Made by a program: the position numbers and the translations under genes. A stretch of DNA of 64,000 bases from Myxococcota bacterium. Its GTDB lineage: Bacteria > Myxococcota_A > SURF-8. The stretch spans positions 3,008,001 through 3,072,000 of the forward strand of contig OZ223209.1 in assembly GCA_965140415.1 (NCBI GenBank). The letters run 5' to 3'. The notes beneath the pieces are model-generated. The model did no database searches, had not been told where the DNA came from, and saw nothing but the letters and a program-made list of their open reading frames with translations. Below, in pieces: positions 9,838 through 19,608 of this stretch (position 1 is its first letter; each line of letters opens with the position of its first letter).

Positions 9838-10209
9838 GTGATTCCTGTGATCAAACTGGAAGGAAATCGTTCATCAAAAAAGTCGGTTGCATCATCTGTT
9901 TTTCCGATAGAGAGGAAAAACAATCATGTTCAGCTAAAGGATGATTACTTTAAGCGCACCTCCCTGGAAGCGATTACGCATCGAAAGCTTAGCTCCATTA
10001 TCTCCGCTATGCGGCTGGAACCCGGAGATCTTCACCAAGCGGTCATGCAAAGTGTAGAACGACCGCTGATTCTGCTCGTGCTTCAGAAAGCCAATGGTAA
10101 CCAAACGAAAGCCGCAAGTATGCTGGGGATCAATCGAAATACTCTGCGAAAGAAAATAGACGCATTGGGGTTGGACCCGGAAGCCTGCCATACAGAAACA
10201 GAAATCTGA
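9838..10209 (+). CDS. fis: Fis-family helix-turn-helix DNA-binding protein
   Basis: LHQAVMQSVERPLILLVLQKANGNQTKAASMLGINRNTLRKKI matches the Fis C-terminal HTH; stand-alone ~120 aa; no dusB upstream. Confidence 0.75.
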   Translation: MIPVIKLEGNRSSKKSVASSVFPIERKNNHVQLKDDYFKRTSLEAITHRKLSSIISAMRLEPGDLHQAVMQSVERPLILLVLQKANGNQTKAASMLGINRNTLRKKIDALGLDPEACHTETEI

Positions 10210-10344
10210 TTTTCGACCTTTTCTCTAAATCGATTCTCTAAGTAAACAAATTTTCTAATCCGCACAGGGGCTATGATACACTGCGTTCACGTGTAAGCAG
10301 GCTTCCTTCGAGTGAAAACAGAGAGTAAGAATTCGGAGTAACAG

Positions 10345-11145
10345 ATGGGGATTAAAGGTAACTCAACAAAAAAGCCGATTTGCTGTCTTTCAGCTGCCGG
10401 ATTGGACCCGACCGGTGGAGCGGGAGGATCGGCGGACATGCGTGTCTTTAAGCGATTCGGCATGTTGGGCACCTTGGCTTTGACCGCCATCACGCCTCAA
10501 AACACAAATGGAGTACGCTCTGTTTATCCCGTTGAAGAAGAAACTCTTCGCGATCAACTTCTTGCAATTTTGGAGGATTACCCCGTTTCTGCTGCCAAGA
10601 TAGGTCAAACACCGAATGAAGCTTGTGTGCGCGTCTTGGCCGAAATTTTTCATGATTCAAAATTTCCTTTGGTGCTTGACCCGGTTCTTTCTCCTTCATT
10701 GGGGAGCCGGTTGGTAATGGGTGGGGTGGTTTCAGCGCTCGTTCGTTATATGTTGCCAATCACCACAATCTTGACTCCCAATGTGAATGAAGCAGCTTTG
10801 CTTTGTGGTTTAGAGGTAAAGACTAAAACGGACATCGAACATGTGGCGGAATGCCTATTGGATAAAGGTTGCAAAGCGGTTGTAATTACAGGTGGCGACC
10901 GTAAAGGCGAAAAGTCCGCCGATCTGTTTTACGATGGCACCGAATTGAGATGGTTACAGTCCACAAAAAGAAATGTGGGCTTGGTTCATGGTACGGGGTG
11001 CCATTATTCGGCGGCTCTGTGCTGCTATCTGGCCAAAGGACATTCTCCTTTGGAAGCAGTCATGCTTGCAAAACGCTGGATGAACGGGATGTTAGACGCT
11101 CACGTGGTGAACCTCGGCGGAAAGATGAGCGTGCTTGATTCGTGA
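10345..11145 (+). CDS. thiD: Hydroxymethylpyrimidine/phosphomethylpyrimidine kinase
   Basis: AGLDPTGGAG..AD, TAITPQNT, KIG, VLDPV, LTPNVNEA, HGTGC motifs. Confidence 0.9.
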   Translation: MGIKGNSTKKPICCLSAAGLDPTGGAGGSADMRVFKRFGMLGTLALTAITPQNTNGVRSVYPVEEETLRDQLLAILEDYPVSAAKIGQTPNEACVRVLAEIFHDSKFPLVLDPVLSPSLGSRLVMGGVVSALVRYMLPITTILTPNVNEAALLCGLEVKTKTDIEHVAECLLDKGCKAVVITGGDRKGEKSADLFYDGTELRWLQSTKRNVGLVHGTGCHYSAALCCYLAKGHSPLEAVMLAKRWMNGMLDAHVVNLGGKMSVLDS

Positions 11146-11200
11146 TGACTGTTTGGAAGATGCAAAACAAGCGACAGTCGAAAAATTCACCTTAAAAAAC

Positions 11201-11229
11201 TTGCAATTACATGATCTATCTGCTAGGTT
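11201..11229 (+). promoter_or_regulatory. Probable sigma-70 promoter of the rpsF operon
   Basis: TTGCAA-17 bp-TAGGTT with TG extended -10 element. Confidence 0.5.
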
Positions 11230-11292
11230 TCGTGGCTCTCGGAGCAGGAACTCCGAGATTTGACATTTCGGAACGGGGAAATTCCCCGCAAA

Positions 11293-11350
11293 CCCTTGCC
11301 TTTCCATTGCACGCTCCCGCGTAAGGAAAGGCTAGATTACCCAGAAGGAG
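11293..11350 (+). promoter_or_regulatory. S6:S18 ribosomal-protein autoregulatory leader (rpsF leader)
   Basis: CCTT then stem GCCTTTCC (11298-11305)/GGAAAGGC (11325-11332), then ACCC and AAGGAG RBS able to pair with the 5' CCTT; same layout as the known proteobacterial rpsF leader. Confidence 0.75.
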
Positions 11351-11357
11351 TTTGTCT

Positions 11358-11882
11358 ATGTATTCTCGTGAATATGAGACCATTTTCATCATGCGTCCCG
11401 ATCTCGGAGACGATGCCATTCAAGGCGTTGTCGATCGAGTCAAGGGTGTAATTGATGAGCGCCAAGGTGTGATTCTGCGTGAGCAGAACTGGGGCAAGCG
11501 CAAACTTGCTTATGAAGTTCACAAGCAGTTGAAGGGCGTTTACTATTACCTGCATTACACCGGTCAGCCGGGGTTGGTGGAGGAAATCGAGCGCAACTTC
11601 AAAATGATCGAATCCGTGATCAAGTTCCAGACCGTCAAATTGAATGACAAGGTCGTTGCTGAAAAGCGGATCGAGGAAATCAAAGCCGAGATCGAACTGC
11701 GCGAGCAAGAAGAAGCCGAGCGTCACAGCCAGAGTGCAGAATCCGAAAAAGAGAAAAAAGACTCGGATGATGACAACGATGACGACAACGATGACGACAA
11801 CGATGATGCCAAGTCTGATGACAATGACGAAGACGGCGAAGAAAAAGAAGACGAAAACGGGGATGAATCCAAAGAGGATTGA
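11358..11882 (+). CDS. rpsF: 30S ribosomal protein S6 with long acidic C-terminal extension
   Basis: REYETIFIMRPDL...WGKRKLAYEV...GVYY; ATG 11358 after AAGGAG; Asp/Glu-rich tail. Confidence 0.97.
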   Translation: MYSREYETIFIMRPDLGDDAIQGVVDRVKGVIDERQGVILREQNWGKRKLAYEVHKQLKGVYYYLHYTGQPGLVEEIERNFKMIESVIKFQTVKLNDKVVAEKRIEEIKAEIELREQEEAERHSQSAESEKEKKDSDDDNDDDNDDDNDDAKSDDNDEDGEEKEDENGDESKED

Positions 11883-11957
11883 TCGCTAGATAATAAATAA
11901 ATTCGAATTGTTGTATGGCGATTCGAAAAGAATAGATTCCAGGAAAGGAGAATTCAG

Positions 11958-12221
11958 ATGGCTCATCCGAGATCAAATGTTCGGAGAAAAAAACGGCGTC
12001 GGTCTCATCCCAAGCGGAAAGTGTGCCGCTTCTGCGCCGATAAGCAACTGACCATCGATTATAAGAACGTCAGTATTTTGGAGCAGTTCGTTACCGAACG
12101 AGGAAAGATCGTTCCGCGCCGTATTTCGGGCACTTGTGCCAAGCATCAGCGCAAACTGGCTTTGGCGATCAAACGCGCCCGCAACATCGCCTTGATGCCG
12201 TACACCGTCCTGGGTGATTAA
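11958..12221 (+). CDS. rpsR: 30S ribosomal protein S18 (Zn-binding C+ type)
   Basis: KVCRFC...IDYKN...[19 protein letters not shown]...IKRAR. Confidence 0.98.
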   Translation: MAHPRSNVRRKKRRRSHPKRKVCRFCADKQLTIDYKNVSILEQFVTERGKIVPRRISGTCAKHQRKLALAIKRARNIALMPYTVLGD

Positions 12222-12232
12222 AGGAGGTCAAC

Positions 12233-12676
12233 ATGAAAGTGATCCTCAAGCAAGATATAGAAGGATTGGGCAATGGCGGCGACTTGATGGACGTCAAGGA
12301 CGGCTATGCTCGTAATTATTTGATTCCCCAGGGATTGGCGCTGGCGGCTACCGCCAAGAGCATCAAATCGGTTGAACACGAGCGGGCCCTGATTGCCAGT
12401 CGTTTGAAAAAAGAACGTCAAGGCGCGCAAGACATTGCCGAGCGTATCGCCAATACCTCCTGCACGATCGCCAAGCGCGTTGGTGAAAACGACCGTCTGT
12501 TCGGTTCCGTCACCAGCAAGGAAATCGAAGAAGCACTGCGGGAAGAAGGCATCCTGATCAGCAAGCGTTCTATTCTTCTGGAAAACCAGATCAAAGAACT
12601 GGGCGTATTTGAAGTGCCGATCAAACTGCATACCGATGTTACTGCCACCTTGAAAGTTTGGGTGGTAGCGAAATAG
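12233..12676 (+). CDS. rplI: 50S ribosomal protein L9
   Basis: MKVILKQDIEGLG...VKDGYARNYLIPQGLA...LFGSVT. Confidence 0.98.
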   Translation: MKVILKQDIEGLGNGGDLMDVKDGYARNYLIPQGLALAATAKSIKSVEHERALIASRLKKERQGAQDIAERIANTSCTIAKRVGENDRLFGSVTSKEIEEALREEGILISKRSILLENQIKELGVFEVPIKLHTDVTATLKVWVVAK

Positions 12677-12704
12677 CTGACGTTTGGGTTACATAGGCCT
12701 TGCT

Positions 12705-12735
12705 AAGACCCCGAGATGACTCGGGGTCTTTTTTT
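12705..12735 (+). terminator. Rho-independent terminator after rplI
   Basis: AAGACCCCGAG-ATGA-CTCGGGGTCTT followed by a T run. Confidence 0.9.
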
Positions 12736-12822
12736 GCTTTGACTAGCTAAAGCTTTTGTGGTTCATTGAGTTCCTTTCGTAATATGCAAAACGTAAAACA
12801 GGTTTGTTCATAGAGGTGTTTG

Positions 12823-14187
12823 ATGTCTGAAGATCCTACCTTCCAACGGGTTCCTCCCCATTCCATAGATGGTGAACAAGCCGTATTAGGCGGCATACTT
12901 CTCGATAGTCGTAGAATCAATGAGGTGTTGGAGATTCTGCGGCCCGAGCATTTTTATATGCAGTCCCATCGCGACATCTATAAAGCGATGATGGAACTGT
13001 CCGACAAGCAGCTACCGCTGGATGTCGTTACGCTTAAAGATAAACTCGAAGGGATGGGAAAACTTGATACCATCGGAGGTATCGAATACATCTCCGAATT
13101 GGCGTCTATGGTCCCTACTGCGGCGAACGTAGCGGTCTATGCGCGTATCATTCGAGAAAAAGCGCTGTTGCGGCAAACGATTGAAGCCGGTATCGATATT
13201 GTCTCGGAAGGTTTCGAAGAACCTTCCGACGTCGAGGAATTTCTTGATCGAGCCGAAAAACGCCTGTTCGATGTAACACAGGAAAAGCTGGAGCAGCCGT
13301 ATCATCCAATCAAATCGGTGGTAAAAGAGGCTTTTAAGCGTATCGAGCAACTCGACGAAAACACGGGTTCCGTTGTCGGTGTACCGACCGGTTTTACCAA
13401 ACTGGACCAAATGACATCCGGTTTTCAACCTTCAGAGTTGATCATTGTTGCTGCGCGTCCGTCGATGGGAAAAACGTCGCTGGCCTTGAATATCGCTCAG
13501 AATGCGGCATTGAACGATGGAGCGAAAGTGGGCATTTTTTCCTTGGAAATGTCCCGCACGGACCTTGTAATTCGCATGATGTGTTCAATTGGCCGTGTGG
13601 ATTCGCAGAAATTCCGTACCGGTCACCTGGATGACAACGAATGGATCAAACTCGTCGAATCTGCGGACAGGCTGAACAATGCTCCCATCTATCTGGATGA
13701 TACTGCCGGTATCAATGTGATGGCCCTACGTGCCAAGGCCCGTCGCATGAAGATGAACCATGGGCTGGATATGGTGCTGATCGATTATTTGCAATTGATG
13801 CAAGGCACATCCTCGCACCGGGATCAGAACCGAGAACAGGAAATTTCGCAGATTTCACGTTCATTGAAAGCGCTTGCAAAAGAACTGGAAATTCCGGTAA
13901 TTGCGTTGTCACAGTTAAACCGCGATCTTGAAAAACGGCAGGACAAGCGCCCGCAGATGTCGGATCTGCGTGAATCGGGAGCCATCGAGCAGGATGCCGA
14001 TGTGATTCTGTTTATTTACCGGGATATTGTGTACAACCCGGATAACATCGAAAAAGAAACCGATGGCGAATTGATCATTGCCAAGCAACGTTCCGGTCCC
14101 ACCGGGATCGTGCCGGTGCGCTATTTCCGTGAGTACACCTTGTTCGACAATTACATTCGGGATGAGGACGCGGATTTGTATCGCTAA
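12823..14187 (+). CDS. dnaB: Replicative DNA helicase
   Basis: PPHSIDGEQAVLG, Walker A AARPSMGKT, IDYLQLM, LSQLNR, SDLRESGAIEQDAD; no intein. Confidence 0.98.
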   Translation: MSEDPTFQRVPPHSIDGEQAVLGGILLDSRRINEVLEILRPEHFYMQSHRDIYKAMMELSDKQLPLDVVTLKDKLEGMGKLDTIGGIEYISELASMVPTAANVAVYARIIREKALLRQTIEAGIDIVSEGFEEPSDVEEFLDRAEKRLFDVTQEKLEQPYHPIKSVVKEAFKRIEQLDENTGSVVGVPTGFTKLDQMTSGFQPSELIIVAARPSMGKTSLALNIAQNAALNDGAKVGIFSLEMSRTDLVIRMMCSIGRVDSQKFRTGHLDDNEWIKLVESADRLNNAPIYLDDTAGINVMALRAKARRMKMNHGLDMVLIDYLQLMQGTSSHRDQNREQEISQISRSLKALAKELEIPVIALSQLNRDLEKRQDKRPQMSDLRESGAIEQDADVILFIYRDIVYNPDNIEKETDGELIIAKQRSGPTGIVPVRYFREYTLFDNYIRDEDADLYR

Positions 14188-14259
14188 ACGAAAGCGGTTC
14201 CGTTTCGGTGGAAGACTCCCCACCCTGTTATTGAGTGAACAGAATGGAAGGCATCGTTC

Positions 14260-16086
14260 ATGAGTGATTCCGATCGTTTGATGACGGCGGCAGATGTCGA
14301 AGGCATGAGTCCGGAAGAAAAGGAACTCTACTGGTACAAGCATGTCTATCGCGGCGATTCCATGAAGCAGTTGACGTGGCGGGCCGTTCTTATGGGTGCT
14401 GTTTTGGGTTCGTTCATGTCGCTGTCGAACCTGTATATTGGTTTGAAGACTGGTTGGGGACTGGGGGTGGCGATCACCGCCTGTATTCTGTCCTACGCGA
14501 TCTGGAGTTCCTTGCATAAAGTCGGCATCGTCAAAGAGAAAATGACGATACTGGAAAACAATTGTATGCAGTCTACTGCCAGTGCTGCGGGATACTCCAC
14601 CGGTGGGACGCTGGTTTCCGCCATTGCGGCTTATATGCTGGTCAATGGAGAACCGGTCACGACCGGAGTCTTGATGGCCTGGGTTTTTTTCCTGGCGATT
14701 TTAGGCGTAACAATGGCTGTGCCTATGAAACGCCAGATGATCAACGTCGAACAGTTGAAGTTTCCGTCCGGTATTGCAGCGGCTGAAACCTTGAAAGCAT
14801 TGCATGCCGAATCCGGTTCCGGTGTTTCTGCGGCAAAAGCACTGGGAGTCGCCGGTGTGTTTGGTGCGGTTGTTGCGGTAATGCGGGATCTGTTCGAATG
14901 GATTCCCGGCTTGTGGAATGCCTTCGGACGGCGCGCATCGGAATTAACAATCTCCGTTGAATTGTCTCCCATGATGATCGCAGCGGGTGCAATCATGGGG
15001 TTGCGCGTCTGCTGGAGCATGCTATTGGGAGCTTTTTTGAATTATGCCATTCTGGTCCCCTGGATGATGGAACGCGGTGTAATTCAAGGTTACGGCTACC
15101 GGGAAATCGTCAAATGGAGTTTATGGGGTGGAGCTTCGTGCATGGTGGCCAGTGCTCTATTGAGTTTTGGCTTACAGTGGAAAACCGCGCTAAGGGCATT
15201 TTCTGGCATTACCAGCCTGTTTGCCAAAGGTGCCAAGAAAGATGTGGAAAAAGATCCTCTGGCACACATTGAAGTTCCTGGAAGCTGGTACACGGCTGGG
15301 GTCGCTTTCGGTGGCGCCGGTGTTACGGCGATGGTTTTCTATTATTTCCATACACCAATCTGGATGGGCATCCTGGCTGTTATCATGAGTTTCTTTCTTG
15401 CCTTGGTTGCCTGTCGCGTAGCCGGTGAAACAGACACTACCCCGGTGGGGGCAATGGGAAAGATTACGCAGTTGTTCTATGGTGCAATCGCTCCCAAGCA
15501 GATGAACGTCAACCTGATGAGCGCCTGCATCACCGCCGGTGTGGCCGATTCCGCTTCCGATCTGTTGTACGACTTGAAGAGTGGATATCTGCTGGGAGCC
15601 AATGCGCGCAAGCAGTTTCTGGCGCAGTTCGCCGGGATATTCCCTGGAACCATCATTTCGGTTCTGTCGTTTCAATATGTCGTTCACAGCGTGGATGTGC
15701 TGGGCTCGGATAAATTCCCCGCTCCAGCGGCGCAAACTTGGGCAGGTGTGGCGAAATTGCTTGGACAGGGCATGGAGTTTCTCGATCCTACCATGCGCTG
15801 GGCGATCTTGATTGGCGGGCTGGTCGGCATAGCATTGCCGCTATTGGAACGCGCATTTCCCAAAGCGCGCCCTTTCATCCCTTCTGCCATGGGCTTGGGA
15901 CTTTCCTTTACCATTCCATTTTGGAACAGTCTTTCCTTCTTTTTCGGTGGACTGATCGGTTGGATCATCGAGAAGAAACGTCCCAAAGTTGCAGAAGAAT
16001 ACACCATTCCGGTAGCTTCCGGTGTCGTCGCCGGAGAATCTTTAACCGGTGTCGGGGTAACGATTTATCAGAACATGGTGCAGTAA
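14260..16086 (+). CDS. OPT-family oligopeptide transporter
   Basis: Multi-TM; NLYIGLKTG, ENNCMQSTASA, LKFPSGIAAAETL, GETD.TP, DLKSGYLLGA, PAPAA motifs. Confidence 0.92.
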   Translation: MSDSDRLMTAADVEGMSPEEKELYWYKHVYRGDSMKQLTWRAVLMGAVLGSFMSLSNLYIGLKTGWGLGVAITACILSYAIWSSLHKVGIVKEKMTILENNCMQSTASAAGYSTGGTLVSAIAAYMLVNGEPVTTGVLMAWVFFLAILGVTMAVPMKRQMINVEQLKFPSGIAAAETLKALHAESGSGVSAAKALGVAGVFGAVVAVMRDLFEWIPGLWNAFGRRASELTISVELSPMMIAAGAIMGLRVCWSMLLGAFLNYAILVPWMMERGVIQGYGYREIVKWSLWGGASCMVASALLSFGLQWKTALRAFSGITSLFAKGAKKDVEKDPLAHIEVPGSWYTAGVAFGGAGVTAMVFYYFHTPIWMGILAVIMSFFLALVACRVAGETDTTPVGAMGKITQLFYGAIAPKQMNVNLMSACITAGVADSASDLLYDLKSGYLLGANARKQFLAQFAGIFPGTIISVLSFQYVVHSVDVLGSDKFPAPAAQTWAGVAKLLGQGMEFLDPTMRWAILIGGLVGIALPLLERAFPKARPFIPSAMGLGLSFTIPFWNSLSFFFGGLIGWIIEKKRPKVAEEYTIPVASGVVAGESLTGVGVTIYQNMVQ

Positions 16087-16139
16087 GTTACTCTATGGTG
16101 TCATTTCCCTTTGATGGGTTAGTTTGAAAACGAGAGATC

Positions 16140-18032
16140 ATGCCCGGAAAACGAAAAAAAACGAATCAACCTGGCAAGGGGCGTTCATCGGTTAAAAACA
16201 GTAGCACTCCTTTTCCAAGAACCTCATTTCTACCTGCAACAATGGAAGACGCGCAGAAAAGAGGCTGGGACAAGCTCGACGTCATTCTGGTGACCGGCGA
16301 CGCTCACGTGGATCATCCTTCGTTTCCGGCATCTCTACTTGGCAGAGTCTTGGAGGCGGACGGGGTGCGCGTGGGAATTATCTCCAGACCGGATGTCAGC
16401 AATCCTGAATCTATTGCTGTTTTCGGCTTGCCGCGCTTGTTTTTCGGCGTTACAGCCGGAGCCATGGATTCGATGGTTGCCAATTATACTGCGCTGAAAC
16501 GTCGCCGCTCCGACGACCCTTATGCGCCGGGAGGCAAGGCTGGTGGACGACCAGACCGGGCATTAACCGTTTATTGCAACCTGATTCGCCGTCGTTACGG
16601 AAAAGAAGCGCTTATTATTGGCGGCGGATTGGAAGCCAGTCTTCGTCGTTTCGCCCATTACGATTATTGGAGCGATTCGGTACGGCGTCCGATCTTGATG
16701 GATTGTGGTGCGGATGCTCTGGTGTTCGGCATGGGAGAAGGTCCGGTGCTTTCCATTGCCCACCGCATGGCTGCATTGTTGGATCAGAGAGAAGATTTGG
16801 CTGGTGACAGGGAACTTCAACTGAAAGCCATTCGCGAAGTTTCAGGAGTCGTCTGGCGGCAGCCGAAGTCCATGCCTGAACCGATTAAAGGATTGCATTT
16901 GCCATCCGCAGAGGAAGTGGCAAAGAATCCGGTTGAACATGCCAAAGCCTTTCATTTATTCGAAACTCATCGTGAAGAGTGCATGTGGCAGGAATGTGGC
17001 GGCATGCGTGTCATAGCCAACACTCCTTGGCCATCTCATGATAGTGATACTTTGGACCGGTATGCCGAGCTGCCATTTACACGTTGTGTGCATCCTTCGA
17101 TTGCCGGTCAACCCGTTCCCGCATTGGAGCAGGTGCGATTTTCCATTACCAGCCACCGTGGCTGTGCAGGCGGATGCGCATTTTGTGCCATCAGTGCCCA
17201 CCAGGGGCGCGATATCCAGAATCGGTCGCAGGAATCGATTCAAAGGGAAGCGCGCACCATGGTAAAACATCCCGATTTCCGCGGCGTTATCAACGATTTG
17301 GGCGGTCCAACCGCCAACATGTATGGCGCGAATTGTTCAAGGGACAAAAAGCGGCCTTGTCGGCGTACCTCCTGCCTGTCTCCTTCGATATGTAAAAACT
17401 TACATGCAGACGCTCGTCAGTACCTGGACACCTTAAAGGCGGTAAAACATCTTCCCGGCGTCAACCATTTATTTGTCACCACGGGAATTCGTATGGATCT
17501 GGCTATGCGGTCCAAACAATTGGTCCGAGAACTGGCTTTTACGCATACCAGCGGGCATTTGAAGGTCGCCCCGGAACATACCTGCCCAGAAGTGCTGGCA
17601 TTGATGAGAAAACCGGCAGGAGATGAATTCCAGCGCTTTGTCGAGATGCACCGTGAGCTTTCCGCACAGGTTGGACGAAAGCAGTTCGTTTTGCCCTATC
17701 TGATGGCGGCTCATCCGGGTTCTACGTTGGAGCACATGGTCGATCTGGCGGTCAGTCTGCGACGATTGAATATTCGCGCCGAGCAATGTCAGATCTTTAC
17801 TCCAACGCCGGGAACGGCGGCAACCGTCATGTATGCTACCGGACTGAATCCGGAGACGCTAGAGCCGGTATTCGTTGAAAAAACGGACCGCATGAAGAAA
17901 TTGCAGAAGGCGTTGATTCTCTATCATTTGCCGGAAAGCGCCAATGCCATTCGGGAAGCCTTGAAACTCTGTAAGCGGGAAAAGGATGCTCCGCTGCTAC
18001 TGGCTTCCGTTGTGAAACGAAAACGCTACTGA
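16140..18032 (+). CDS. YgiQ-family (UPF0313) radical SAM protein
   Basis: GDAHVDHPSF, DSMVANYT, EASLRRFAHYDYWSD, HRGCAGGCAFC (CxxxCxxC), DLGGPTANMY, LKVAPEH. Confidence 0.92.
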   Translation: MPGKRKKTNQPGKGRSSVKNSSTPFPRTSFLPATMEDAQKRGWDKLDVILVTGDAHVDHPSFPASLLGRVLEADGVRVGIISRPDVSNPESIAVFGLPRLFFGVTAGAMDSMVANYTALKRRRSDDPYAPGGKAGGRPDRALTVYCNLIRRRYGKEALIIGGGLEASLRRFAHYDYWSDSVRRPILMDCGADALVFGMGEGPVLSIAHRMAALLDQREDLAGDRELQLKAIREVSGVVWRQPKSMPEPIKGLHLPSAEEVAKNPVEHAKAFHLFETHREECMWQECGGMRVIANTPWPSHDSDTLDRYAELPFTRCVHPSIAGQPVPALEQVRFSITSHRGCAGGCAFCAISAHQGRDIQNRSQESIQREARTMVKHPDFRGVINDLGGPTANMYGANCSRDKKRPCRRTSCLSPSICKNLHADARQYLDTLKAVKHLPGVNHLFVTTGIRMDLAMRSKQLVRELAFTHTSGHLKVAPEHTCPEVLALMRKPAGDEFQRFVEMHRELSAQVGRKQFVLPYLMAAHPGSTLEHMVDLAVSLRRLNIRAEQCQIFTPTPGTAATVMYATGLNPETLEPVFVEKTDRMKKLQKALILYHLPESANAIREALKLCKREKDAPLLLASVVKRKRY

Positions 18033-18059
18033 TTTCCCGCTTCTCACGGGATTTCTTAA

Positions 18060-18111
18060 AGTAAAACAAAACGCGCCATGAACCAAGCTTGTTGCTTAAT
18101 CCATGGCGCGT
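18060..18111 (-). terminator. Hairpin terminator between convergent genes
   Basis: ACGCGCCATG (18071-18080)...CATGGCGCGT (18102-18111) followed on the minus strand by TTTGTTTT. Confidence 0.65.
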
Positions 18112-18126
18112 AGTTGAATATTTGCG

Positions 18127-19608
18127 CTAATCTCTGGCGATTTGTTCGACGACATTCATCCGATAGGTAAACAGCATGGCAATCAACGCCAGCAGTTGCC
18201 CTGCAACCAGTGCAACCCATAAACTCATGACTTCCATGCCCGTAACGGTGAACGGTTCGATCGCCACCCCGACCGACTGTCGGATCATCTCCTGGCAGAC
18301 ATAAGCCAGAATATGACCGGAGAATAGTCCGGCCAATGAACCTAAGAGGGTTAACACCAGCGCTTCTATCATGACCGTCAAAGCCAGGGTAAAACGCCCG
18401 ACTCCAAGCATTCGCAGTAAGGCCAGTTCTTTCCTGCGTTCGTTTAAGGACATAACCAATGTAACCAGGATCATTACCAAGGCGATAGCCAGCATACCCA
18501 CGCTGACCATCTCGACGAAGATCTCTCCTTTGTTGATATGATTGACGAATTCACGGATGCTCTTACCCGTGTCTACCGCCAGAGTGCCGTCTCTTAACGT
18601 GTATTCCCGTTCCAGCATTCCGGTATAAGCCGGGTTGGACGTGCGCACCAAAACGGCGGTTAACATGTTGGTAGACAAGCTGTATTTGTCGTGGTGATGA
18701 TGATGGCCTTTGGCTGCTTCGTGTTCGTGTTTGGCTTCGTGAGCGTGCTCGGCTTCGTGAGCTTCTATCACCGGCTCTTCGGGCGTGGCCTGTTGCATGT
18801 TGTGATGATGGTCATCTGTGTCTTGATGCTCGGCATGTTGCTCAGTATGTTGTTCTGCATGGCCATCCTGATGCAGTTCGGCATGATGCTCATGCTGTTT
18901 TATCTCAGCGGGAGCTTTCTCATCTTTCGTGTCGTGATGTTCTCCCGCGTTGTGCGCGTGGGCATGGGAATGCTTTTCGTGGATGTGCCAGACGGATTTG
19001 TAATTTGTAAAGATCGCCGTATCTTCAGGACCACCAGTCGGGTTAAGAATACCGGCGACTTTGTACGTTAATTCAGTATGTTCGTGTGCTCCCATCGAGC
19101 CGACCATGCCATGCTGTCCGTGGAAAGTGTCCCCGATTCGAACATCCGTTCGGGATGCGGCAGCGGCACCGAATACCGCATTTTCAATATTGGAAAGATC
19201 CAACGTTCCGGCGGATGCTCCAACTCCAATGTCTTCCAAAAAGTCCTGGTTTACACCGATAATGCGGATATTCATGTAGGTGTCGGCAACGGCAACCGGG
19301 TAGGCGGAAATAACTCGTTGATCTTCCTTTAGTTCTTCATAGACACTGAACGGGATAGTGCCGCTTGGCTTGTCGATATGGAAAATGGTCGATAAGATCA
19401 ATTGAACGCCGGAAGCACCGGCGGGGCCGACGATCAGCGGGTACCGGATCGAGCCTTCAACGGCAGTCTTTTTTACCGCGAAGTTCACCACACCGACGGC
19501 AACGACGAACGTCAGTGAAATGGCAATTGCAAGGATCGAAATCGTGGTGGCGAAACGTCGATGTGCCAGGTAACGTGAGGCCAGTCGTAACATGGAGGTC
19601 GTTTTCAT
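18127..19608 (-). CDS. MacB/FtsX-type ABC transporter permease with His-rich periplasmic insert
   Basis: N-terminal TM, LIVG...VQLILSTIFH, ~100-aa His/Glu-rich insert, C-terminal FtsX motif ERRKELALLRMLG plus TMs. Confidence 0.88.
   Translation of the reverse strand: MKTTSMLRLASRYLAHRRFATTISILAIAISLTFVVAVGVVNFAVKKTAVEGSIRYPLIVGPAGASGVQLILSTIFHIDKPSGTIPFSVYEELKEDQRVISAYPVAVADTYMNIRIIGVNQDFLEDIGVGASAGTLDLSNIENAVFGAAAASRTDVRIGDTFHGQHGMVGSMGAHEHTELTYKVAGILNPTGGPEDTAIFTNYKSVWHIHEKHSHAHAHNAGEHHDTKDEKAPAEIKQHEHHAELHQDGHAEQHTEQHAEHQDTDDHHHNMQQATPEEPVIEAHEAEHAHEAKHEHEAAKGHHHHHDKYSLSTNMLTAVLVRTSNPAYTGMLEREYTLRDGTLAVDTGKSIREFVNHINKGEIFVEMVSVGMLAIALVMILVTLVMSLNERRKELALLRMLGVGRFTLALTVMIEALVLTLLGSLAGLFSGHILAYVCQEMIRQSVGVAIEPFTVTGMEVMSLWVALVAGQLLALIAMLFTYRMNVVEQIARD

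Noticed and set aside
12823-14187. Intein in DnaB
   Set aside because: Normal length (~455 aa) with contiguous motifs.
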